Part shown: positions 29,933-38,470 of the stretch, in pieces
How positions within the stretch are numbered: position 1 is the stretch's first letter
How the letters are laid out: each line of letters opens with the position of its first letter
From: Alphaproteobacteria bacterium
GTDB lineage: Bacteria > Pseudomonadota > Alphaproteobacteria > UBA6615
Assembly (NCBI GenBank): GCA_009691025.1
Contig: SHWB01000002.1
Coordinates: forward strand, 8,300 to 72,299
Length of the DNA: 64,000 bases
Direction of reading: 5' to 3'
Notes under the pieces: model-generated
Seen by the model: the letters and a program-made list of their open reading frames with translations, nothing else
Told to the model about the DNA's origin: nothing
Databases searched by the model: none
Program-made: the position numbers and the translations under genes

Positions 29933-30076
29933 TTGCGGTGCATTCTGTTCGCGGTGCTGGCCGCCTTCCTCGTCGCCGCCGTGCTGCCAGCCTGCGGCAA
30001 GAAGGGGCCGCCGGATGCGCCGGGCGAGGAGAAGCCGGTCTATCCGCGCCCCTATCCGGCACCCGGCCGCTGGTAG
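29933..30076 (+). CDS. Small lipoprotein (LptM/YifL-like position between argH and lysA)
   Basis: Putative TTG start at 29933. (M)RCILFAVLAAFLVAAVLPACGKKGPPDAP.. has lipobox LPAC|G. The longer ORF reaching back to 29771 would translate repeat family C. Confidence 0.5.
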   Translation: MRCILFAVLAAFLVAAVLPACGKKGPPDAPGEEKPVYPRPYPAPGRW

Positions 30077-30086
30077 GAAGCGTACC

Positions 30087-31388
30087 GTGACCGATCCATT
30101 CACGTATCGCGGCGGCGCGCTGCACGCCGAGGACGTGCCGGTCGCCGACATCGTCGCGGCGGTTGGGACGCCAGTTTGGATATATTCGGCCGGCGCCATC
30201 GCCGGCGAGTACCGTACCTATCGCGCCGCGCTAGCCGCCGCGCTGCCGGGATGCGAGATCGGCATCTGCTTCGCCATGAAGGCCAATGCCAGCCTCGCCG
30301 TGCTCGGCCTGCTGGGGCGGCTGGGGGCCGGCGCCGACGTCGTCTCGGGCGGAGAGCTGGCGATCGCGCTGGCCGCGGGCATGCCTCCGGAACGCGTCGT
30401 GTTCTCGGGCGTTGCCAAGACGGCGGCGGAAATCGATGCCGCGCTGGAGGCCGGCATTCACCAGTTCAACGTCGAGAGCGAGCCGGAGCTGGAGGCCATC
30501 GCCGCGCGCGCAACGGCTCTGGGCCGGCGCGCGCGCGTGGCGCTGCGCGTCAATCCCGATGTCGATGCCCACACCCACGCTAAGATCGCCACCGGACGCA
30601 AGCAGGACAAGTTCGGCATCGATATCGCGCGCGCGCCCGCCGTCTGGCGGCGCGCCGTGGCGCTCGGCGGGGTCGAGCCGGTCGGCCTCGCCGTCCATAT
30701 TGGCAGCATGCTGACCGATGTCGCGCCCTATCGCGCGGCCTTCGTCGCGCTGGCCGAACTCGTGCGCGCATTGCGTGCCGAGGGGCACAGTGTCGGCCGC
30801 CTCGATCTTGGCGGCGGCCTCGCCATCGCCTATCGCGGTGAGGCGCCACCGGCGGTCGCCGACTACGCCGCGGTGGTAGCGGAGACAGCGGGCGATCTTG
30901 GCTGCGCTCTGCTGTTCGAGCCAGGCCGGCGACTGGTTGGAAATGCCGGCTTGCTGGCGACGCGAATCGTCTACGTCAAGGACGGGACCGACGGCCCCAT
31001 CGTCATCGTCGATGCCGGCATGAACGAGCTGCTGCGGCCGGCCCTCTACGACGCCTGGCACGAGGTGCTACCGCTGCGCGAGCCCGCCGCCGCGACACCG
31101 CGCCTGCCCTCCGACGTCGTCGGCCCGGTCTGCGAGAGCGCCGACACCTTCATGCGCGGCCGGCCCTTGCCGCCGCTCGCTCCCGCGGATGTGATCGCCT
31201 TCGCCAGCGCGGGTGCCTATGGCGCCGTGATGTCGTCGACGTACAATGGTCGGCCGTTGGCGCCCGAGGTGCTGGTGGCCGGCGCGCGGTTTGCGGTGGT
31301 GCGGCCTCGCCAGACGATCGAGGATCTCGTGGCCCGCGAGCGCGTGCCCGATTGGCTCGCCGACGCGGCCGGACAGGAAACCGGGTGA
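30087..31388 (+). CDS. lysA: Diaminopimelate decarboxylase
   Basis: GTG 30087. ..GTPVWIYS...I...Y......A......I.FAMKAN.......L...G.GADVVSGGEL and ..GG.L.FEPGR..V..AG.... Confidence 0.93.
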   Translation: MTDPFTYRGGALHAEDVPVADIVAAVGTPVWIYSAGAIAGEYRTYRAALAAALPGCEIGICFAMKANASLAVLGLLGRLGAGADVVSGGELAIALAAGMPPERVVFSGVAKTAAEIDAALEAGIHQFNVESEPELEAIAARATALGRRARVALRVNPDVDAHTHAKIATGRKQDKFGIDIARAPAVWRRAVALGGVEPVGLAVHIGSMLTDVAPYRAAFVALAELVRALRAEGHSVGRLDLGGGLAIAYRGEAPPAVADYAAVVAETAGDLGCALLFEPGRRLVGNAGLLATRIVYVKDGTDGPIVIVDAGMNELLRPALYDAWHEVLPLREPAAATPRLPSDVVGPVCESADTFMRGRPLPPLAPADVIAFASAGAYGAVMSSTYNGRPLAPEVLVAGARFAVVRPRQTIEDLVARERVPDWLADAAGQETG

Positions 31389-33847
31389 ACGCGACCGGAC
31401 AGACGCCGGAACCGACACATGACGGCCGCCTCGTCGGCCGCGTCGCCCGCTGGCGCGCCGCCGCAAGGGGGGTGCTGCTGTGGGAGCGGCTGTGGCCGGC
31501 GCTGTGGCCGGCAGTCGCCGTCGCCGGCCTTGCGATCTCGGCCATGCTGCTCGACCTGCCTCAGCGTATGCCTGGCTGGCTGCATGCCGGACTGTTCGGG
31601 TCTGCGCTCCTGCTCGTGGCCTTCCTGCTGGTGCGCGGCCTGCGCGGGATCGCCTGGCCGGACGATCGCGCCGCCAGCCGCCGCCTCGAACGCGACAGCG
31701 GCCTCGCCCATCGCCCGCTCTCGGTCCTCGTCGACCGGCCGGTCGGCGCCCAGGGCGGTCTCGGCCCGGCGCTGTGGCGCACGCATCTGGCACGCGCCGC
31801 CGCCGCCGTCGAGCGGCTGCGCCTCGGCGCGCCGGCGCCGGACCTTGCCCGGCGCGACCGGCGGGCGCTGCGCATGGCCGTCGGCCTCGCCCTCGTGGTC
31901 GGCCTCGCCGCCGCCGGCAGCGATATCGGTCCGCGGCTCGAACGCGGCTTCACCCCGTCTCTCGCCGGCTGGGCGGGTGGCCGGGTACCCAGTCTCGAAT
32001 TGTGGCTGACGCCGCCCGACCATACCGGCCTGCCGCCGGTGTTGCTGGCCGGCGGCAATGCGCCGGCGCCGGCCGACGCCGCCGTGCCGGTGCCCGCCGG
32101 TTCGGCCCTGCTGGCCCAGGTGCATGACGGCAGCGGTAAGCCGCGCCTGCGCCTCGGCGACAGCGAGCGCGACCTCGACACGGTCGATGCGCGCACCTGG
32201 CGCCTCGGCCTCGACGTGGCGGCCGAGGGCAACACGACGCGCCAACTGCCGCTCACCGTGACGCAGGGCAAGCGCGTCCTCGGCCAATGGATCATCGCCG
32301 TGGTGCCCGACCTACCGCCGAGCGTCGCCTTCGCGCGGTCGCCCGAGGCCGGGCGGCGCAACGCGCTGCGGCTCGACTACACGGCCGCCGACGATCACGC
32401 CGTCGTCGGCGTGGCCGCCCGCATCGCCCGTCCCGTCGCCGAGGCGACGGCGCGCGACGCGCCGCTGCTTCTCGACCTGCCGGTGCCGGCTCGCGGCGCC
32501 GGCAATGTCGCGCAATCGACCTGGCACGATCTGACGGCGCATCCCTGGGCAGGCTTTCCGGTCGAGGTTAAGCTGGAGGCGCGCGACGCCATAGACCAGG
32601 CCGGGCGCTCTGATGCGCTGGCCGTCGTGTTGCCGGAACGCAGCTTCTCCCACCCCGTCGCGCGCGCCATCGTCGAGCAGCGCAAGGCCCTCGTGCGGGC
32701 GCCCGACCGGCGCCTGCAGGTGGCGATGGCGCTGGCCTCCATCGCCGGCGCGCGCGCCGCCTACGACGCCGACATGGCGGTCTATCTCGGTCTCGCCGCG
32801 GCGCGCGGCCGGATGCTGCACGATCGCGCCGACACGGCCATCGACGCGGTCCAGGCGCTGCTGTGGGACATTGCGCTGCATGTCGAGGATGGCGGCGTGT
32901 CGCTCGCCGAGCGCGAGTTGCGCGACCTGCAGCGGCAATTGCAGGAAGCGCTGGAGCGTGGCGCCTCCGACGAGGAGATCAGCAAGCTGATGGCCGAGCT
33001 GCGCGAGGCGCTCGACCGCTTCATGCAGGCGCTGGCCGAGCAGGTGCAGCGGCGCATCGCCAATGGCGAACGGCCGCAGCCGCTCGATCCCGCCGCGCGC
33101 CCGATCGGCCGCGACGATCTGCAGCGCATGCTCGACCAGGCCGAGCGGCTGGCCCGTTCTGGTGCCCACGGCGCCGCGCGCCAGCTGCTCGAGGAGTTGC
33201 AGGCGATGCTGGAAAATATGCCGGCGGCGCCCTTCGCCATGCAGCAGCCCCAGCAGGGCGGCGGCGAGGGCGAACAGGTTATGCAGGAGATGCAGGACAT
33301 GATCCGCCGCCAGCAGCATATGCTCGACCGCTCGTTCCAGCAGCAGCAGCGCGGCGAGCGGCCCGGTGAGGGCGACGCTGCCGCGCAGGAGGCGCTGCGC
33401 CGCCAGCTTGGAGGCCTAATGCGGCGGCTGGGCGAGATGAACGGCGATATCCCAGGCCAGTTTGGTTTGGCCGAGCAGCAGATGCGCGACGCCCTTGACG
33501 CGCTCGGCCGCGGCCAGTCGGGCGAGGCTACCGGGCCGCAGGGACAGGCCCTCGACATGCTGCGCCAGGGCTCCCGCTCGGCCGCGCAGGCGATGGCGCG
33601 GCGCGGTCCTGGCTTCGGCCCGGCCGAAGGCTACGACGAATCGCAGCCCGGTCAGGAAGGGCGCGATCCGCTCGGCCGGCCGCTGCCCGGCACGGCGGGC
33701 TTCAACACCGGCACGGTGCGCATTCCAGAAGAGGCCGACCTGCAGCGCGCGCACGAGATTCTGATGGAACTGCGCGAACGCGCAGGCGACCGTGCCCGCC
33801 CGCAGGACGAGCGCGACTACATCGAACGGCTGCTCAGGCAGTTCTGA
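31385..33847 (+). CDS. TIGR02302/DUF4175-type large membrane-anchored low-complexity protein
   Basis: GTG 31385 overlaps the lysA stop. About 820 aa with N-terminal TM helices and a C-terminal Q/E/R-rich segment (..QQPQQGGGEGEQVMQEMQDMIRRQQHMLDRSFQQQQRGE..). This position after lysA is recurrent in alphaproteobacteria. Confidence 0.7.
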   Translation: MNATGQTPEPTHDGRLVGRVARWRAAARGVLLWERLWPALWPAVAVAGLAISAMLLDLPQRMPGWLHAGLFGSALLLVAFLLVRGLRGIAWPDDRAASRRLERDSGLAHRPLSVLVDRPVGAQGGLGPALWRTHLARAAAAVERLRLGAPAPDLARRDRRALRMAVGLALVVGLAAAGSDIGPRLERGFTPSLAGWAGGRVPSLELWLTPPDHTGLPPVLLAGGNAPAPADAAVPVPAGSALLAQVHDGSGKPRLRLGDSERDLDTVDARTWRLGLDVAAEGNTTRQLPLTVTQGKRVLGQWIIAVVPDLPPSVAFARSPEAGRRNALRLDYTAADDHAVVGVAARIARPVAEATARDAPLLLDLPVPARGAGNVAQSTWHDLTAHPWAGFPVEVKLEARDAIDQAGRSDALAVVLPERSFSHPVARAIVEQRKALVRAPDRRLQVAMALASIAGARAAYDADMAVYLGLAAARGRMLHDRADTAIDAVQALLWDIALHVEDGGVSLAERELRDLQRQLQEALERGASDEEISKLMAELREALDRFMQALAEQVQRRIANGERPQPLDPAARPIGRDDLQRMLDQAERLARSGAHGAARQLLEELQAMLENMPAAPFAMQQPQQGGGEGEQVMQEMQDMIRRQQHMLDRSFQQQQRGERPGEGDAAAQEALRRQLGGLMRRLGEMNGDIPGQFGLAEQQMRDALDALGRGQSGEATGPQGQALDMLRQGSRSAAQAMARRGPGFGPAEGYDESQPGQEGRDPLGRPLPGTAGFNTGTVRIPEEADLQRAHEILMELRERAGDRARPQDERDYIERLLRQF

Positions 33848-33884
33848 TATCGGGCGACGGAAGTCCTGCCCGATTTCCAGATGC

Positions 33885-34009
33885 GTCGCCCAGGCCAGGC
33901 GGCGCAGCCGCGCGAGCCGGAGCCCATGATCACAGGCCGCGCGAAACCTTGCGCCGTCCGGTGTTCATGGATCCCGGGTCTCCGCCCTTCGGGCTCCGCC
34001 CTGGACGAC
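33885..34009 (-). repeat. Repeat family A, copy 2 (inverted orientation)
   Basis: The reverse complement aligns along its full length with 14411-14538. Lies in the convergent gap between the 33847 stop and the cpdR stop. Confidence 0.8.
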
Positions 34010-34060
34010 AATCGAGTATGACGGGATGCCGGAACGGGTTGGGATTCAGTATCGCCGGTC

Positions 34061-34422
34061 TCAGTGCACCGCCTGCCGCGCCAGCACGTCGTCGACCGCG
34101 GCGCAGATCTGGCGCAGCGTGAAGGGCTTGGCGACGACACGGTGGATCAAATCGTCGAGGTTGTGCGCGCGCTGCCGCTCGGCGGCATAGCCGGTCATCA
34201 GCAGGATCGCCATGTCAGGCCGCTCGCGCGCGGCCTTCAGGGCCAGGGCTATGCCGCCCATGCCGGGCATGACGATGTTGGTGACCAGCAGGTCGAAGGG
34301 TCGCTTTCCCAGCGTATCGAGCGCGTCGATGACGGTAGCACCTCGTGGCCGCGATGCGCCAGCGCACGGCGCACGAATTCGCGCACCGCTGCGTCGTCCT
34401 CGGCTACCAGCACGCGTGCCAT
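34061..34422 (-). pseudogene. cpdR: Single-domain response regulator CpdR, carrying a 1-nt frameshift
   Basis: ATG 34422: MARVLVAEDDAAVREFVRRALAHRGHEV, then the frame is lost. The rest, ..TVIDALDTLGKRPFDLLVTNIVMPGMGGIALALKA..PDMAILLMTGYAA.., is in the -1-shifted ORF 34061..34462. The 362-nt span is one nt short of 121 codons, and GAGGTG-CTACC suggests a missing G near 34338-34341. Confidence 0.7.
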
Positions 34423-34565
34423 CGTGGCGGACGGTCCCCGTCGTCTCGGGGCTGCGGCGCACCAGGCGGGCACTTCCCCGCAGACACCGGCAATCGCACG
34501 AATGTGGTTAACGACATCCTAACGAAATTCAACGCACCTACCGCCCCGGTGGTTCCGCCGACGCC

Positions 34566-35297
34566 TCAGGGCGCCGCCGCGAAGGTGAAATTCACCTGCG
34601 CCGCCTCGCGGTGAGGGTTGGCGATGCGGGTGACGAAGGCGGCCGCCTCGCCGTGATCTAGGCTGGCGGCGTCGATCGATAAGGTGACGCGCTGCAGCTC
34701 TTTGCCGGCCTTGTCGATCAGCACCGCGACGACCGGCGGCACGTCATGCGCCTCGCTGTCGACATTGGCGATTTCGCCGCGGATCGCCAGGTTGACCATG
34801 CCGTCGATGCCTTCGCGCAGGAAGGTGGTGTTGCGCACCGCGAGGCCGGCGCCCGGCGCGGGCGGGCCGGCTTCGAGGCCGATGGCGGCGTAGATGCGGC
34901 CGGCCGGCGTCCAGGCGGCCACCAGATCGGCCCGCAGGAACCACAATACGCCGCCCAGCAGGACCAGCGCCGCGACCAGCGCCAGCACGGCCAGCCGCAG
35001 CCGGGCCGGCGATGGCTTCGGGGCGGGGCTCGGGGGCGGCGCCGCCCGCTGGCGGGAGACGATGCCCGGCGGCATCGGCGGCTGTGCCGGCTCGACAGAG
35101 ACGGTCATGGCGGGCAGCGTGGCCGGGCTTTCGCGCAGGGCCGGGCGCGGCCGGAGGGGTGGCGGCGGCCCGGCTGCCGCTGCCATGGCATGCCAGCGAT
35201 GGGCGCAGCGGCTGCACTTTACCTCGCGCCCGGCGGTGCCGATGGCGGCATCGGGGACGTTGAAGCGGGTCTCGCAGGAGAGGCAGGTGAGAATCAC
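34566..35297 (-). CDS. MJ0042-type zinc-ribbon / DUF3426 membrane protein (ZitP-like architecture)
   Basis: MILTCLSCETRFNVPDAAIG..GREVKCSRCAHRW (CxxC..CxxC), a Pro-rich linker, one TM helix and a C-terminal DUF3426-like domain. Confidence 0.75.
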   Translation of the reverse strand: MILTCLSCETRFNVPDAAIGTAGREVKCSRCAHRWHAMAAAAGPPPPLRPRPALRESPATLPAMTVSVEPAQPPMPPGIVSRQRAAPPPSPAPKPSPARLRLAVLALVAALVLLGGVLWFLRADLVAAWTPAGRIYAAIGLEAGPPAPGAGLAVRNTTFLREGIDGMVNLAIRGEIANVDSEAHDVPPVVAVLIDKAGKELQRVTLSIDAASLDHGEAAAFVTRIANPHREAAQVNFTFAAAP

Positions 35298-35472
35298 GGG
35301 GAACCGCGCCGCCTTTCCGCGCCCGGTCGGCGGCCGACACCAGCCCGCCCCGGTATCCCAGCCTTATAGGAGCGGCCGCGTGGCCAAGTCAAAGCACCGG
35401 CGGCGGCGCGCCTTGTCGACTCCCGCGGTCACATGCCAGTGTCGGTCGGAATCCTTGCAGACCAGAGCGACG

Positions 35473-36207
35473 ATGCCCGCCCCCACCGCCCCTGCCTTGT
35501 CCGTCGGCGATGGCGCCCACAGCGTACTGCGATTCGAGAATGTCGGCATGCGCTACGGCACCGGGCCGGAGGTGCTGCGCGACGTCTCCTTCGCATTGAC
35601 GCCGGGGTCGTTCCATTTCATCACCGGCGCCTCGGGCGCCGGCAAGTCGACCCTGCTGCGCTTGATGTACCTTGCCCAGCGGCCAACGCGCGGCCTCGTC
35701 CATCTGTTCGGCCACGATGTTGCCCTGACGCCGCGCCGCCGCCTGCCGGCCCTGCGCCGCATGATCGGCGTCGTCTTCCAGGATTTTCGCCTGATCGACC
35801 ACCTCAGTACGCTCGACAATGTGGCCCTGCCGCTGCGCCTGTCCGGCGGCCGGCCCGACGAGATCGACCGTCATGTGCGCGAACTGCTAGCCTGGGTCGG
35901 CCTCGGTGACCATCTGAACGCCCGGCCGGAGACGCTGTCGGGCGGCCAGCAGCAGCGCGTGGCGATCGCCCGCGCCGTCATCGCGCGGCCCAATCTGCTG
36001 CTGGCCGACGAGCCGACGGGCAATGTCGACGACCGCATGGCGATGCGGCTGATGCATCTGTTTGTCGAGCTGAACCGGATGGGCACGACTGTCGTCATCG
36101 CCAGCCACAACGAGCCGCTGATCCGCCGCTTCGGCTTTCCCGTCCTGCATCTCGCGCACGGCCAGATCGTCGCCGCGCCGCCGCCGGTCGACGGGGATGC
36201 GTCGTGA
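35473..36207 (+). CDS. ftsE: Cell division ATP-binding protein FtsE
   Basis: ..[37 protein letters not shown].., [14 protein letters not shown] and [11 protein letters not shown]. Confidence 0.88.
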   Translation: MPAPTAPALSVGDGAHSVLRFENVGMRYGTGPEVLRDVSFALTPGSFHFITGASGAGKSTLLRLMYLAQRPTRGLVHLFGHDVALTPRRRLPALRRMIGVVFQDFRLIDHLSTLDNVALPLRLSGGRPDEIDRHVRELLAWVGLGDHLNARPETLSGGQQQRVAIARAVIARPNLLLADEPTGNVDDRMAMRLMHLFVELNRMGTTVVIASHNEPLIRRFGFPVLHLAHGQIVAAPPPVDGDAS

Positions 36208-37076
36208 GGCGCCGCCCCGACATCCATTTCGAGGACGATCTCTCGTCGCGCTTCCTGCCGGCGATCGTCGCCCTGATGGTCTTCCTCGGCCTGCTGGGCG
36301 GCGCCGCGGCGCTGGCCGTCGGCGGCATCGTCGCGACCTGGGATACCGACCTCGTCGGCCGCCTTACCGTGCAGGTGCCCGACGACGGCGCCGTTACCGC
36401 GCAGCGCCTGCAGCGCGTCGAGCAGATTCTGCGCGCGACGCCTGGCGTCGCCGCCGTGCGCACGCTGACACCTGCTGATACCCAGGCGCTGGTTGAACCG
36501 TGGCTCGGCAAGATCTCGCCCGAGGCCGGCCTGCCGCTGCCGCGTGTCGTCGATGTCGAGCTGGCACCCGGCGCGGCGATCGATCCCGGCGCGCTCGCCG
36601 CGCGCCTCGCCGGCGATGCGCCTGGCGTCGTCGTCGACGATCACCACGACTGGCTCGGCCGGCTGGTGGCGCTGGCGCGCACGATCGAGGCCGTGGCCGT
36701 CATCGTGCTGGCGCTGATCGCCTCGACGGCGGTCGCCACCGTCGTCTTCGCCACGCGCAGCGGGCTAGCCGTGCATGCGCCGACGGTCGAGCTGCTGCAT
36801 CTGATGGGCGCGACCGACGGCTACGTCGCCGGCCAGTTCCAGCGCCATGCCATGCGGTCGGGCGCCATCGGAGCGGCGATCGGCACGCTGCTGTCACTGC
36901 TGGCACTGGCCGCTCTCGTGGCGGCGGCGTGGCGGCTGGAAGCGGCCTTTCTGCCGCTGCCCGGTATCGGCCTGCGCGCGGCGGTTCTGCTGGCCGCCGT
37001 GCCCGTCGTCGCCGTGCTGATCGTCATGGTGACGGCGCGGGCGACCGCTCTGCGTGCGCTGGCGCATCTGCCATGA
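36204..37076 (+). CDS. ftsX: Cell division permease FtsX-like protein
   Basis: GTG start overlaps the ftsE stop. 290 aa with TM1, a periplasmic domain and three C-terminal TM helices. Confidence 0.8.
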   Translation: MRRRPDIHFEDDLSSRFLPAIVALMVFLGLLGGAAALAVGGIVATWDTDLVGRLTVQVPDDGAVTAQRLQRVEQILRATPGVAAVRTLTPADTQALVEPWLGKISPEAGLPLPRVVDVELAPGAAIDPGALAARLAGDAPGVVVDDHHDWLGRLVALARTIEAVAVIVLALIASTAVATVVFATRSGLAVHAPTVELLHLMGATDGYVAGQFQRHAMRSGAIGAAIGTLLSLLALAALVAAAWRLEAAFLPLPGIGLRAAVLLAAVPVVAVLIVMVTARATALRALAHLP

Positions 37077-37702
37077 CCGCCCGGAGCCGGCACGCCTGGC
37101 GCATCGCCGCGGTCGCGGTGCTGGCCGTGGCATTCGCCTTCGTCGCCGGCTTCGCCACCTTCGTCTCGGCTATTCAGAAGGCCGACGTGTCGCTCACGGC
37201 GGCCGGCGCAGACGCCGTGGTCGTGCTCACGGGCGGCGCCGGTAGGGTCGTCGAGGGCATCGATCTGCTGGCGGCGGGACGGGCGAAGAAGCTGTTCGTC
37301 TCGGGCGTCGACCGCGGAGTCGATGTCGCGGCGCTGCTGGCCGCCGCGCGGCGCGGCCCGGCAGGCATAGAATGCTGCATCGCGCTCGGCTACGGCGCCG
37401 ACGACACCGCCGGCAACGCGGCCGAGACGGCGCGCTGGATGGATGCCGAGGGCTTCGCCTCGCTGCTGCTGGTGACGACCGACTGGCACATGCCGCGCAG
37501 CCTGATCGAATTCCGCCGCGCCATGCCGAAGGCGACGATCGTGCCGCGCCCAGTGCCGTCGCCTACCGTACATGTCGACGACTTGTGGCGCTGGCCAGGC
37601 TCGACGCAGTTGCTCGCGGGCGAATACATCAAGGTGCTCGCGGCGCTGTCGCGGGTACGGCTGGCACCGCTGCCCGCCGCCGCGCCCGGCGAACGGTCGT
37701 GA
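37073..37702 (+). CDS. YdcF family protein (DUF218)
   Basis: ATG 37073 overlaps the ftsX stop. ..DAVVVLTGG.GR...G..LL..G.A..L.VSG and ..A.NA.ET..W......S..LVT...HM.RS.. Confidence 0.75.
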   Translation: MTARSRHAWRIAAVAVLAVAFAFVAGFATFVSAIQKADVSLTAAGADAVVVLTGGAGRVVEGIDLLAAGRAKKLFVSGVDRGVDVAALLAAARRGPAGIECCIALGYGADDTAGNAAETARWMDAEGFASLLLVTTDWHMPRSLIEFRRAMPKATIVPRPVPSPTVHVDDLWRWPGSTQLLAGEYIKVLAALSRVRLAPLPAAAPGERS

Positions 37703-38451
37703 AGCGGCTGCGGGCGCTGGCCTTCACCGGAGCCTTCTATGTCGTGACCACATTGTTTGCTCTGCCGACAGTGTTCCTGCTTGCCCTGCCGCGCCGTTCA
37801 ACGGTCGGCTATGCCCGGCTGTGGGTCGCGGCAATCCTGTGGCTGCTGGCGCGCATCGTCGGGTTGCGCCATGTCGTGCGCGGCATGGACACGGTGCCGG
37901 CCGGACCGGCGATCATCGCCGCCAAGCACCAGTCGGCCTGGGACACGCTGGCGCTGTTCGCGCTGTTCGGCGACCCGGCCATCGTAGTCAAGCGCGAGCT
38001 GACCTGGATTCCACTGTTTGGCTGGTGCCTGCTGCGCGCCGGCATGGTGCCGGTCGACCGCGCCGGCGGGGCCACGGCGCTACGCAGGCTCGTCGCTACG
38101 GCCGGGCGGCTCGCTGTCGCCGGACGGCCGATTCTCATCTTCCCGCAGGGCACGCGCACCCCGCCTGGCGCGGCGCGTCCCTACCAGCCTGGCATCGCCG
38201 CCCTGTACGCCGCGCTCGACCTGCCGGCGGTGCCGGTGGCCCTCGATTCGGGCCTGTTCTGGCCGCGCCGCTCGATCCTGCTGGAGCCGGGGACCATCGA
38301 GGTCGAAATCCTGCCGGCCATCCCGCCCGGCCTCGACCGGCGCGCTTTCATGGCGCGCCTCGAAGGGGCGATCGAGCCGGCTACGGCGCGGCTGGAAGCC
38401 TGTGCCCTCGCCTCGCGTCGTAAAGGGGCGGCCGTCGTGTCTGGCCGCTGA
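37699..38451 (+). CDS. plsC: 1-acyl-sn-glycerol-3-phosphate acyltransferase family protein
   Basis: GTG 37699 overlaps the previous stop. The acyltransferase H-box variant AAKHQSAWDT and the ..IFPQGTR.. motif are present. Confidence 0.85.
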   Translation: MKRLRALAFTGAFYVVTTLFALPTVFLLALPRRSTVGYARLWVAAILWLLARIVGLRHVVRGMDTVPAGPAIIAAKHQSAWDTLALFALFGDPAIVVKRELTWIPLFGWCLLRAGMVPVDRAGGATALRRLVATAGRLAVAGRPILIFPQGTRTPPGAARPYQPGIAALYAALDLPAVPVALDSGLFWPRRSILLEPGTIEVEILPAIPPGLDRRAFMARLEGAIEPATARLEACALASRRKGAAVVSGR

Positions 38452-38470
38452 GCCACGCCGGGCCTATCGT

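Noticed and set aside
29771-30076. 101-aa version of the ORF after argH, starting at the ATG overlapping the argH stop
   Set aside because: Its first approximately 55 codons translate the family C repeat. The lipoprotein signal (lipobox LPAC|G) begins only after the repeat, so a short gene with a TTG start at 29933 is more plausible.
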